DNA from: a virus | Direction: 5' to 3' (one strand) | Length of the DNA: 64,000 nt | IMG/VR virus record: IMGVR_UViG_3300025018_000101 | Span: 64,001 to 128,000 of that record | In this document: piece after piece, positions 18,003-26,421 of the stretch | Layout: the number at the start of each line of letters is the position of its first letter | How positions within the stretch are numbered: the stretch's first letter is position 1 | The notes under the pieces: generated by a model | Database searches by the model: none | The model's input: the letters and a program-made list of their open reading frames with translations, nothing else | What the model was told of the DNA's origin: nothing | Translations under genes and position numbers: made by a program

Positions 18003-19975
18003 TGGCGCACGACAAGGCCATCGAGTTCGGTCAGTACGCCCCGACAGGCGAGCCGTCGATGCAGGTCATCGACCGGCGCGACGTTGGCCTGCGGAAGTAC
18101 GCCTCGGCCGATGTGGAATCACTTGAGGTCTTGCGCACCGCGCCGTCCCTGCCCGGCCACACCATGGCGCTCGTCCTGGCGATGACCGCCTACGAGTTCT
18201 ACGGCTTCAACCGCAACGGCGACGGCTTCCACGAACGGAAGTACGACGCCACCCTCTGTGACGGTCGGCGCGTGACGCTCTGTACCGACGCCGAGTCCTT
18301 GCCTGCGTGGCACAAAACCTTCGAGACGGTCGGAAAGAACTTCTTGTTCCACGCCAACAAGGACCCGAGCAAGGCGGTCGGTCGCATCGCCCGGTCGATC
18401 TACAACTGGAAAATGCACCGCGTCGAGCTCATCGTAGCGGTCGACAACGGCCGAGCCGACAAGATCGTCCAGCGCTTGCGGGACCGCGAGTACCCAGCCG
18501 TCAGTATGGGCTGTAGGATACCCGCAGACGTGTGCGTATACTGCGGCAACCGGGCACCAACTCGCGCTCAGTACTGCATCCACGTCAGCGGCCACGACCC
18601 GCGCTACGGCCTCGGCACGATCCTGGACAGCGGCATCGAGATGGGTGTGCTCAACCCGTGCCCGGAGCTCTTCGACTTGTCGTGGGTGTGGAAGCCGGCC
18701 GATCGGGTGGCGTACACCATGCGGCACCTCGACGGGGTGGGAGCGGCCTCCGACTTGCTGAAGGCTGCTTCGGAGCGGCCGTACGCCATACGCCGCCCCG
18801 GGGCGGAAACCAAGGTGGCGTCCGTGACTCCCCGTACCTCGAAGGACCAGGAGCTCGACGCCGCCAAGTGCGCCGCGCTCAAGAAGCTGTCCGAGATCGA
18901 CAAGATGGTCGACGGCGAGCTCAGCGCAGCCCCTTACGCCGGCGGCACGCCGGCGGTCATGAAGGCGCTGGCGCAGTCATACGCGAAGGACTTCGAGCCT
19001 GTCGGTGACGACGTCATCGAGGAGATGGCCCGGCGTCCGCTCCGTGACAGCGTGGCGACGTTCTCGTCTATGGACATGTCGCCGTCGGCCGACGAGCTGC
19101 TCCGCCTCTTCTCTCACTGGTCCGGAGGTGGGTCGGACGACGTCCAGGCGGTTCCGGTGGGCTCCATCCGCAGGGTCATCCTCCGTGTGTTCGGCGACAG
19201 TCCCGACCTCGTGGACGTCTGTCAGGGCGCGGCCGGGGTGGGGGTGGGGGCGGCGCCGGGGGACGCGAGCTTGAAGCTCGCGAGCCTGCTCGCGCCGATG
19301 ATGGAGAAGCGCGCACTCGCTGGCGACCTCCTGATGCGCAAGTACGTCCCGGAGAACGCGGGGGTGTGGACGGGACTGGTCGGAGGGGACCCCGGAGCCG
19401 CGTACTACGGCCGGGCGCAGCAACCCCTGCACGCCACCGACCCCTCCACGGGGGACCGCTACGCCACGACGCGTAACGTCGCCGAGCAGACCGACTTGAA
19501 CAACGTCAAGCACAAGGCCCTCGAGGCCGGCGTCCTGGCGGGGGCCACGGGCATCGGCGTCGGCGCGATGAGTCTGATGGGCCGGAAGAACAAGGCGCTT
19601 CGCGTCGCGCGATGGCCGGTGGGAGCTGTCGGCATGGGCCTGGCGGGGTACGCTGGCCTGCGCAAGATCCCCGAGTTCAAGACCGACGAGGGCGTGTCGG
19701 TACCGCACAACACGCCCATGTCCAAGATGAGCGCAGCCGACACCGACGCCGGGCTGTACCTGATGGCAGCGGCCGCTGGCGGCCGGCGTCACTTCGCGTT
19801 TGAGAAGAGCGCGGAGGCGGAGCTCGACAGACTCCGTTCGCAACTTGTATACACGGACCCTTCGGGGTACTCACGTTTGCGTGCCTCGTCTTCGGAGTTC
19901 CTCTCGAAGGTGTCCGAGGCGCTTGTGCGAGCCGTGCGCCGCTGCGGGCTTGCGCCTTCGATTCGACCGACGTAG
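18002..19975 (+). CDS. Prohead (capsid maturation) serine protease with Zn-finger insert and long C-terminal extension
   Basis: NRNGDGF, FLFHANKDPSKAVGRI, VELIVAVD, VSMGC followed by CVYC...CIH, FDLSWVWKPADRVA; located upstream of the capsid gene. Confidence 0.8.
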   Translation: MAHDKAIEFGQYAPTGEPSMQVIDRRDVGLRKYASADVESLEVLRTAPSLPGHTMALVLAMTAYEFYGFNRNGDGFHERKYDATLCDGRRVTLCTDAESLPAWHKTFETVGKNFLFHANKDPSKAVGRIARSIYNWKMHRVELIVAVDNGRADKIVQRLRDREYPAVSMGCRIPADVCVYCGNRAPTRAQYCIHVSGHDPRYGLGTILDSGIEMGVLNPCPELFDLSWVWKPADRVAYTMRHLDGVGAASDLLKAASERPYAIRRPGAETKVASVTPRTSKDQELDAAKCAALKKLSEIDKMVDGELSAAPYAGGTPAVMKALAQSYAKDFEPVGDDVIEEMARRPLRDSVATFSSMDMSPSADELLRLFSHWSGGGSDDVQAVPVGSIRRVILRVFGDSPDLVDVCQGAAGVGVGAAPGDASLKLASLLAPMMEKRALAGDLLMRKYVPENAGVWTGLVGGDPGAAYYGRAQQPLHATDPSTGDRYATTRNVAEQTDLNNVKHKALEAGVLAGATGIGVGAMSLMGRKNKALRVARWPVGAVGMGLAGYAGLRKIPEFKTDEGVSVPHNTPMSKMSAADTDAGLYLMAAAAGGRRHFAFEKSAEAELDRLRSQLVYTDPSGYSRLRASSSEFLSKVSEALVRAVRRCGLAPSIRPT

Positions 19976-19978
19976 AAT
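19950..19978 (+). promoter_or_regulatory. Sigma70-like promoter TTGCGC-N17-TAGAAT
   Basis: Hexamers at 19950-19955 and 19973-19978, upstream of the scaffold/capsid operon. Confidence 0.65.
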
Positions 19979-20015
19979 GCAACCCGATGCGGTCCAACCC
20001 GACCCAGGAGCGAGT

Positions 20016-20717
20016 ATGTCTAAGCAAATGACCATCGAGCAGGCCCTCTCGGCGCTTCAGGGCGCGTCCGACCCGAAGACGGCCGCGGCCCATACACCTG
20101 GGGCGGCCGGCAACAACGTCTACCAGGCGCAGGCCGCGGTGTCCGCGTCGGCGCAGAATCTCCAGAAGGTCGCGGGCGCTCCTGGCCTCCAGCAGGGCAG
20201 CGCCCAAGTGGACGCTGACGTCCTGCTCAAGATCGCCAGTCGCATCGCGGCCGCCGAGGAGCAGGCCATCGTCGCCGAGGGTTCCGCCCTTGGTGCGGCC
20301 ATCTTCGACGGCTTCATGAAGGCGGCCGGTTCGACCATCCACGCGGTGGACCAGCACGCGCCCCAGTACCGTCCGGCTCGCCAGCAGACGATCGACGACG
20401 TCGCTTACAAGGTGGCGTCGGCCTCGGCGGCCGACGCGTGGGACGTCATCGACGCGCTGCAGCCGCCGGCTCGCCAGCAGACGATCGACGACGTCGCTTA
20501 CAAGGTGGCGTCGGCCTCGGCGGCCGACGCGTGGCAGGCCCTCGACGCGCTCGGCGCTCCTTCCGAGAGTCGGGCCTACCAGATGAAGGTCGCGGCGGCT
20601 GAGCGGCAGGAGTTCTCGGAGGGTCTGGTGAGCGGTCTCGACAAGGTCGCCGAGTTCTGTGCGGCCGCGTTCGAGCAGGGCAACGAGCTGGCCGCGGCGG
20701 CGCTCGCTCCGCGCTAG
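20016..20717 (+). CDS. Putative scaffold/internal head protein, Ala-rich and helical
   Basis: AGGAG RBS before ATG 20016; 8 of 9 Lys are in KxA. Confidence 0.8.
   Translation: MSKQMTIEQALSALQGASDPKTAAAHTPGAAGNNVYQAQAAVSASAQNLQKVAGAPGLQQGSAQVDADVLLKIASRIAAAEEQAIVAEGSALGAAIFDGFMKAAGSTIHAVDQHAPQYRPARQQTIDDVAYKVASASAADAWDVIDALQPPARQQTIDDVAYKVASASAADAWQALDALGAPSESRAYQMKVAAAERQEFSEGLVSGLDKVAEFCAAAFEQGNELAAAALAPR
20373..20534 (+). repeat. Direct repeat, 69 bp x2 at 93 bp spacing
   Basis: 20373-20441 equals 20466-20534; encodes PARQQTIDDVAYKVASASAADAW. Confidence 0.95.
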
Positions 20718-20728
20718 AGGGTACGTGC

Positions 20729-21160
20729 ATGTCGTCCGCCCTCCACATCCTGACGGTGGTCGCGCCTCAGGCGCACAATCGTTTCGAGCTCCGCTCCAAA
20801 GTGGCGAACGAGCTCGGCCATGAGATAGGCGCCGTGGCGAACCACTGGGCGGCGCGAGCTGGCCTGGCGGGTCTCGGCGCTACGGGTCTGGGCCTGGGTG
20901 CGTACCATTTCGGGGCGTCGAGGGAGCGCAAACGCAATGCGGAGGCGCTCCGGTCTGAGCAGGAGAAGGCTCAGCAGGAGAAGCTGCTGGCCTTCGGCGG
21001 AGGTCTGGCGGCGGGCATGGCAGGGCCTCGCCTCAACGGGGCCACACGCGGCCTTGTCCACAGGTCGACAGCTCCCACGCTGAACGACCTCGACTACGCG
21101 TACGGCGACTACAATCAGGCACCGCCGGGTCCCGTGCCTGAGTACGGAGGCATGTCATGA
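20729..21160 (+). CDS. Small glycine-zipper membrane-type protein
   Basis: AGLAGLGATGLGLGAY and AFGGGLAAGMAG segments; KVA near N-terminus. Confidence 0.75.
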   Translation: MSSALHILTVVAPQAHNRFELRSKVANELGHEIGAVANHWAARAGLAGLGATGLGLGAYHFGASRERKRNAEALRSEQEKAQQEKLLAFGGGLAAGMAGPRLNGATRGLVHRSTAPTLNDLDYAYGDYNQAPPGPVPEYGGMS

Positions 21161-21378
21161 CGACTCGAAGGGAGTCCGCATTGCTTGAAGCGTTTGACGC
21201 GGCGCGACAGCGCCTGGCGTCCGCGGAGGCGCAGGAGAAGCAGGCTTCGTCGTCGGGCCAGCCCGAGGACGTGGCGGCCGCTCTGGAGGCTGTGGCCGGC
21301 GGTCTCCGCCACGAGAAGGCAGCTTCGGTGAAGGTGCCTCTCCTGGGCGTCGTCATCTGCGCGGAGGTGCTCCCGTGA
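21157..21378 (+). CDS. Small hypothetical protein with KxA motifs
   Basis: ATGA overlap; KQA, KAA. Confidence 0.7.
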   Translation: MTTRRESALLEAFDAARQRLASAEAQEKQASSSGQPEDVAAALEAVAGGLRHEKAASVKVPLLGVVICAEVLP

Positions 21379-21548
21379 GCCAACAGCAGCCCAGCTCGGT
21401 TGCGGACGTAATGCTCAAGACAGCGGAGGCGATGCGTGAACGTGCCCGCCTCTTGCGCGCGGGCGACAATCAGCGTACTGTCAAGGTCGCGAAGGCACTC
21501 CGGGCCCTCGGGCACTTGAACAACTCCCTCCGGGAGGGCCAGCGATGA
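21375..21548 (+). CDS. 57-aa hypothetical protein (below the ORF-track cutoff)
   Basis: GGAGG RBS; GTGA and ATGA overlaps at both ends; MSQQQPSSVADVMLKTAEAMRERARLLRAGDNQRTVKVAKALRALGHLNNSLREGQR. Confidence 0.75.
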   Translation: MSQQQPSSVADVMLKTAEAMRERARLLRAGDNQRTVKVAKALRALGHLNNSLREGQR

Positions 21549-21937
21549 TCATCCTCGACACCCCCGAAGCCCTGGAAGCGGCTGCGGACCTCCTTGAGAA
21601 GTCCGCGGCGTACGTCCGGCAGCTCGAGGCGTCCGTCATCGCGCGCTCCCAGACTGAGGCGTCGGAACGTCAGTCCAAGGAAGCGGCGGATCAGGCGGCC
21701 CTCGCCCTTCGCCTGTCGTCCGTGCTCGGCAACGTCTTTGACGCCGAGAAGGTCGCCCGCGACCTCGCTCAGCTCGCGCCGTCCGTCCGCGCTGTCTACG
21801 AGGACCTGGTCGAGAAGGCGTCCGCTGCGTCTGATCAGCTCGGGGGCCCTCGTACGAACGAACGCTACACCGCCCCGACCGCTGAGCAAGAGTTCGATGC
21901 CTATCTCGCGCGCATGGCGCGGGAGTCCCACTACTGA
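21545..21937 (+). CDS. Putative scaffold-like helical protein
   Basis: Coiled-coil character; all 4 Lys are in Kx[AS]; lies upstream of the capsid genes. Confidence 0.7.
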   Translation: MIILDTPEALEAAADLLEKSAAYVRQLEASVIARSQTEASERQSKEAADQAALALRLSSVLGNVFDAEKVARDLAQLAPSVRAVYEDLVEKASAASDQLGGPRTNERYTAPTAEQEFDAYLARMARESHY

Positions 21938-21957
21938 CCCTGACAGGGAGACCGACC

Positions 21958-22485
21958 ATGTCCATTCTCGACCCCCAGGAGCACTACGACATCATCTTCG
22001 GCGGCGGCAGCCCCGAGGATTCGGCGAGCTTCCTCCAGGACTACACGCCGGCGACCGGCGTCGAGCTCACCATCGGCGACGTCGTCGAGGTCGTCTCGGA
22101 GGGCGGCTTGCCGCGCGTCTCGAAGCTGACCTACGCGGCCTTCGTGAGCGCGTGCGCTGGCGGTGCGACGCCGACGGCGGCGCAGGCCGACACCGCCATC
22201 ATGGCGGCGTGGGACGCCCTCATGGCCAAGAAGCGCGCCCTCGTCGTGTGGGAGGGCAACTCCGAACTGGAGGGTGGTTACCTCGCGAACACCGTCACCA
22301 CGATCTTCGGGTCGTACGTCATGGAGACGACCAACTTCGCCGCGGGCGTCTACGCGCCGGGCGTGAAGGTCAGCGTGGCGTCCGGCGCGGTCAAGGTCAA
22401 GGCGACCGGTGAGCCGACCTTCGGCGAGGTCGTGGCGTACGACTCCACGGCGGCGGTGTTGACCGTCGCCGTCCCTGGTCTGTAA
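21958..22485 (+). CDS. Putative capsid decoration/cement protein
   Basis: 175 aa, beta-rich, immediately upstream of the major capsid gene; call is positional. Confidence 0.55.
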   Translation: MSILDPQEHYDIIFGGGSPEDSASFLQDYTPATGVELTIGDVVEVVSEGGLPRVSKLTYAAFVSACAGGATPTAAQADTAIMAAWDALMAKKRALVVWEGNSELEGGYLANTVTTIFGSYVMETTNFAAGVYAPGVKVSVASGAVKVKATGEPTFGEVVAYDSTAAVLTVAVPGL

Positions 22486-22565
22486 TCCAAGGGGAGACCC
22501 CGAGGGGGGGGCTCCCCTCCCGTGACACCAGCCCTGCTCAGCGGGGTGACGCAGGAGAAGACATC

Positions 22566-23507
22566 ATGAGCATGGGCGGTTACCAGGGGTACCAGACCGA
22601 GACCCCGAAGATCAGCGAGGCCCAACTGGCGGCGACGTGGCTTGGCCTCCTCGACGGCGGTCCTCACCAGAAGGAGGCGTCCGAGAGGACCAACTCCTTC
22701 ATCCGCGACAAGATGCGCGAGAAGTCGTTCGCGCGCCTCATCCTGACTCCGCAGACGCTGGGCGACGAGGAGGTCGACCGCCGGGTCGAGAGCGATCTCC
22801 CGATCAAGATCGTCGAGAAGGAGCCGGACTCCCGCGCGACGTTCGTGACGTTCAAGGGCGCGGGCCCTCGCGCCTGGATCAAGGGTCAGCGGTACGCGGT
22901 GCACTTCGGCTACATCTCCAGCCAGCGGTGGCGGAAGAACAAGCTCGAACTGATGACCTCGCGCACCGACCTGAAGGAGCTCCTGGCGGACAACGCCGTC
23001 AAGGACTGCGCCGCCCAGGAGGATGGCAAGTTCCTCGAGACGGCGCTGGAGATCACGGCGGCCGCGGCGGCCACCCAGGTCATCAACTTCACGTCCCGCC
23101 TGTCGAAGGACGGGATCGTGTCCGGCATCCAGGCGATGCTGGCGAACCAGATCCCCGCCGGGGTGATGCTGTGCACGCAGCAGCTTTGGTGGGACCTCGC
23201 GCGTCTCCAGGCCAACAACATCGGCGACCCGGCGACGGACCGCCTGTGGCAGAACGGCGTGGAGAAGACCGAACTGTTCGGGATGCGCTGCATCACGACG
23301 ATCAAGAACGACATCGTCGACCCGAACGACCTCTGGATCTTCGCGCCCGAGCAGTACCTGGGGAACTTCTTCCTCCTCCAGGACGCCACCTTGTTCATCA
23401 AGCAGGAGGGCCCCGAGATCATGTTCTACGTGTACGAAGCCCCGGGTATCGGCTTCGGCAACACCAAGGGCATCATCCGGATCCGCTTCAACCGCGCCGT
23501 GGCGTAA
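22566..23507 (+). CDS. Major capsid protein (compact, HK97-type fold inferred)
   Basis: AGGAG RBS; 313 aa; FIRDKMREKSFARLIL...IKIVEKEPDS...AQEDGKF...YEAPGIGFGN; follows protease/scaffold genes and precedes a hairpin. Confidence 0.8.
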   Translation: MSMGGYQGYQTETPKISEAQLAATWLGLLDGGPHQKEASERTNSFIRDKMREKSFARLILTPQTLGDEEVDRRVESDLPIKIVEKEPDSRATFVTFKGAGPRAWIKGQRYAVHFGYISSQRWRKNKLELMTSRTDLKELLADNAVKDCAAQEDGKFLETALEITAAAAATQVINFTSRLSKDGIVSGIQAMLANQIPAGVMLCTQQLWWDLARLQANNIGDPATDRLWQNGVEKTELFGMRCITTIKNDIVDPNDLWIFAPEQYLGNFFLLQDATLFIKQEGPEIMFYVYEAPGIGFGNTKGIIRIRFNRAVA

Positions 23508-23541
23508 TCCGTCCTGGGCGTGCCACGATCAACAACGCGTG

Positions 23542-23570
23542 AACGGCGGGGAGAAGCCCCGCCGTTTCCA
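23542..23570 (+). terminator. GC-rich hairpin after capsid gene (probably a leaky terminator)
   Basis: aacggcgggg-agaag-ccccgccgtt, 10 bp perfect stem, short U tail. Confidence 0.55.
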
Positions 23571-23581
23571 TTGGAGGACGC

Positions 23582-24331
23582 ATGCACAAGTACATCGAGA
23601 ATCGCCTGCAGGGCGCGCTCAGCCTCACCATCCGGGCCATGGACCGTTCTGGCATCGACCGCGAGGTCGAGCTTACGCTCGGGTCACGGAACACGGTCTC
23701 GGCCCTGGCGCGCCTGGACGCGGTGCTGGCCGATACGCCGACCGTCCGCAACCTCGCCGTGCTCGGGAGGGTTCGCGTGATGAACGACGAAGCCGGTGCT
23801 CAGCGCCTGGCGGAGCTGAGCGCACCGCAGGCTGTCCCAGGGCGCGGGCGCGGGGCTGCGCCTGCCGTATGGGAGGCCGAGAAGGCCGAGCTCACGGGCG
23901 TCGTCCGGACGCAGGGGACCCGGCTCACCGAGCTCCAGGCCGAAGTGGCACGCCTGTCGGAGGCGCTCGCGGAGAAGTCTGACGCCTTGAGGTCCCTGAC
24001 CGAGGCTCCGACGAGGCCCGAGACCGAGCCCGCGCCCGAGCCCGCGCCCGAGCCCGAGCCCGAGCCTGCGCCTGCGCCTGCGCCTGCGCCTGCGCCTGAG
24101 CCCGCGCCTCCCCTGTACACCCCGGTCGTGGACGACCGGCCCGACCCTGCCGCGGCGGCCGCGGCAACCACGCGCCCGTCCTGGGCCGTGACCCCCGAGG
24201 AGTTCAAGCAGTTGTCGATGGCTGAGATGCGCGCCATGGCGGCCGAGCACGACATCGACATCCCGCTCGGCAGTAAGGCTGCGGCCTCCGAGGGCTACGA
24301 CGCCTGGTACGGCCCGCGAGGCCAGGCGTAG
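23582..24331 (+). CDS. Coiled-coil, Pro/Ala/Glu linker and C-terminal HeH/Rho-N-like domain protein
   Basis: PEPAP repeats; TPEEFKQLSMAEMRAMAAEHDIDIP. Confidence 0.7.
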   Translation: MHKYIENRLQGALSLTIRAMDRSGIDREVELTLGSRNTVSALARLDAVLADTPTVRNLAVLGRVRVMNDEAGAQRLAELSAPQAVPGRGRGAAPAVWEAEKAELTGVVRTQGTRLTELQAEVARLSEALAEKSDALRSLTEAPTRPETEPAPEPAPEPEPEPAPAPAPAPAPEPAPPLYTPVVDDRPDPAAAAAATTRPSWAVTPEEFKQLSMAEMRAMAAEHDIDIPLGSKAAASEGYDAWYGPRGQA

Positions 24332-24357
24332 ACATCTCGGCGGGGGCGTGTCACACT
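24329..24357 (+). promoter_or_regulatory. Possible promoter TAGACA-N17-CACACT
   Basis: 17 nt spacing, TG before the -10, intergenic. Confidence 0.4.
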
Positions 24358-24385
24358 GGTGCAGGTCTCTTGCCTGGAGCCGCCC

Positions 24386-24979
24386 ATGCCCGTCATGAGA
24401 ATCGCAGCGCTCGACAGCGTGAACCACCCTGGCGTGTCCTACCGCCTGACGGTGTACCGCCCCTCCGACGGGCTGTACCTGGACTTCGATGACGCCACGT
24501 TCAAGGCGTTCGTCGCCGTGGTGACGTCGTACCAGGCACTGCTCGAGGTCGCGGAGGCGCCGGGCGTCTGGGAGGTCGACTGGATGATTGAGGCTGGGAC
24601 GACGGACATCGTCGAGCTCTACGTCCACCAGACGCCGACGACGGAGCTCCACTCAGTCCGCAGTGTGGCGTTCAGCGCCGGCGAGCCCCTGGTCGACCTC
24701 GTACGACCAGAGGTCCTGCTCGGGACGCACTTCCGGTCGTTCGGTGCCTACCAGGTGGTGGACACGTCGGGCACGGCCGTGCAGGATGCCGTTGTCCGTG
24801 TATACGTGGCCGACGACTACAACGCGGACGCTGAGTCGGCGGTGCCTGTCGGCATGACGACCACCGACGCAGACGGATACTGGCTGGCTCCCGTCCCCGT
24901 GTCTGCGGGCCAGACGTACGTCATCCACGTCCACAAGCCCGCGGTCGTCGGCCCGGTCGCGACGACCGTGACGGTCTAG
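24386..24979 (+). CDS. Virion protein with Ig/carboxypeptidase-regulatory-like beta sandwich
   Basis: VVDTSGTAVQDAVVRVY...TTTDADGYW...GQTYVIHVHKP. Confidence 0.65.
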   Translation: MPVMRIAALDSVNHPGVSYRLTVYRPSDGLYLDFDDATFKAFVAVVTSYQALLEVAEAPGVWEVDWMIEAGTTDIVELYVHQTPTTELHSVRSVAFSAGEPLVDLVRPEVLLGTHFRSFGAYQVVDTSGTAVQDAVVRVYVADDYNADAESAVPVGMTTTDADGYWLAPVPVSAGQTYVIHVHKPAVVGPVATTVTV

Positions 24980-24989
24980 GGGGTAGCGC

Positions 24990-25475
24990 ATGCCCATCAC
25001 CGCACCCACGCTGGAACTCCCGGCCACGCTGCTGGCCGAGATCACCATCGCCGTCCAGGCGCTCCTCATGGACTACGGCCCGCGGAACAACCTCCTCCGC
25101 GTGCCGGAATTCGCGCCGTCGGACTACGCCGCGGCCGCAGTCCAAGTGCTGCGCGAGTTCAACCACGCCCCGCCGCAGCACATCCGGGCCACTTCCTTCG
25201 AGGAGGTGCCCGAGTACGTCCAGGTTGTCGGCACCGCGAAGTGGCTCCTGTTCGCGGCGATGACGAACAAGCTCCGCAACGCGGTGCAGATCTCTTCTGA
25301 CGACGACGAGGTCATCGGCCTCGACTCGCAGGGCCCCGCGTACCAGGGCTTGTTCGGGCAGCTCAGCCAGATGGCCGACAAGGCCGTCACGGACTACAAG
25401 ATCCAGCTCAACCTCAACAGCGCCTACGGCGGGATGGGATCGGGCTACGCGTACACCCTCAGGTCGAGGAACTAG
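24990..25475 (+). CDS. Putative head-tail adaptor/neck protein
   Basis: 161 aa, helical, positioned between capsid and tail genes. Confidence 0.5.
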   Translation: MPITAPTLELPATLLAEITIAVQALLMDYGPRNNLLRVPEFAPSDYAAAAVQVLREFNHAPPQHIRATSFEEVPEYVQVVGTAKWLLFAAMTNKLRNAVQISSDDDEVIGLDSQGPAYQGLFGQLSQMADKAVTDYKIQLNLNSAYGGMGSGYAYTLRSRN

Positions 25476-25478
25476 GAC

Positions 25479-26018
25479 ATGAGCATCGGTACCTTCAAGG
25501 CGACGGTCGGCGGCAACTTCGTGGAGCATCGCCTGGACAGCGGCCAGCAGTTCACCGGCGTGAAGTTCCCGCAGGGCGTGGGCGACAACGACATCTACGG
25601 CGCCACGGCGGGCATCACTCCGGTGCAGGAGGGCTTCATCTACCCGAAGCCCCTCGATGCGCTCGGGGCCCCCGCCGACGGCATGGGCCTGTTCGAACTC
25701 CTCGAGTTCTTCGGGTCGGACGCGCGTGCTCTCTCCGCCGTCTACGCCCACATCCGCGTGGCCGCCGGCGTGTCGTGGTCACTCTACCTGACGGACGGCC
25801 TCGGCGACGGCGACCCGGACACCACGGTTGATGACCCGACGTACGACGCTCTGCTGGCGTCGGGCACAGGGACGAGCATCATCTACGTGATGCGGCCGAT
25901 CACGCCCACGTCGTACATCCGCTTCAAGACCGACGCTGCCGTCGGTGTGGACGACGCCTACTGTCGCATCTGGTTCGCGGGCATCCTCTACGGTGCGTGG
26001 GGCTCACTGGCCCCGTAG
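25479..26018 (+). CDS. Hypothetical virion protein
   Basis: 179-aa ORF in the structural operon. Confidence 0.7.
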   Translation: MSIGTFKATVGGNFVEHRLDSGQQFTGVKFPQGVGDNDIYGATAGITPVQEGFIYPKPLDALGAPADGMGLFELLEFFGSDARALSAVYAHIRVAAGVSWSLYLTDGLGDGDPDTTVDDPTYDALLASGTGTSIIYVMRPITPTSYIRFKTDAAVGVDDAYCRIWFAGILYGAWGSLAP

Positions 26019-26025
26019 GACGGAC

Positions 26026-26421
26026 ATGATCAAGCTGTCGGCCCCATCATCCTACATGAACCCCCGCATCACCGACCGGGACCTCCTGGTGCCCTACACC
26101 GAGCGGGGGGTCCGCGTCGCGGCATGGTGGAAGCAGGCAAGCGCGTCGAGCAAGGGCGCGATGCTCGACGTAGCCTCCCTGCTCCCGGGCGACGACCGCC
26201 TCATGAAGGCTGCCCACTACGTCCGGTGCGCGAGGGGCGATGCTCGGCGGGCCGCGGGGCTCGTGAAGGCTGCCGTGGCGCGAGCCGGTGCCCGGGAGTG
26301 CGACGACCACCTCGACCCGGAGGTCATCTCCGTGGAAGTGGACGACGACGACGACGACATCCATCGTGCAGATATGATGGGCGACGCCGACCCCGACGAG
26401 TACGAGGAGGACTACCCGTGA
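26026..26421 (+). CDS. Hypothetical protein with KxA motifs and acidic C-terminus
   Basis: ATG 26026 after AGGA; KLS, KQA, KGA, KAA, KAA. Confidence 0.7.
   Translation: MIKLSAPSSYMNPRITDRDLLVPYTERGVRVAAWWKQASASSKGAMLDVASLLPGDDRLMKAAHYVRCARGDARRAAGLVKAAVARAGARECDDHLDPEVISVEVDDDDDDIHRADMMGDADPDEYEEDYP

Larger units (their letters stand above)
16279..18111 (+). repeat. Tandem duplication, 916 bp unit (16279-17194, 17195-18110)
   Basis: Translations identical at offset 916 in all frames listed; 1-nt junction ambiguity. Confidence 0.97.

Noticed and set aside
8699-18111. Diversity-generating retroelement TR/VR pair or CRISPR array
   Set aside because: Repeats are in-frame coding duplications with few or no differences; no reverse transcriptase, no cas genes, no repeat-spacer periodicity.
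22566-23507. Encapsulin nanocompartment shell
   Set aside because: Size fits, but the context (protease, scaffold-like genes, neck, tail) indicates a phage capsid.
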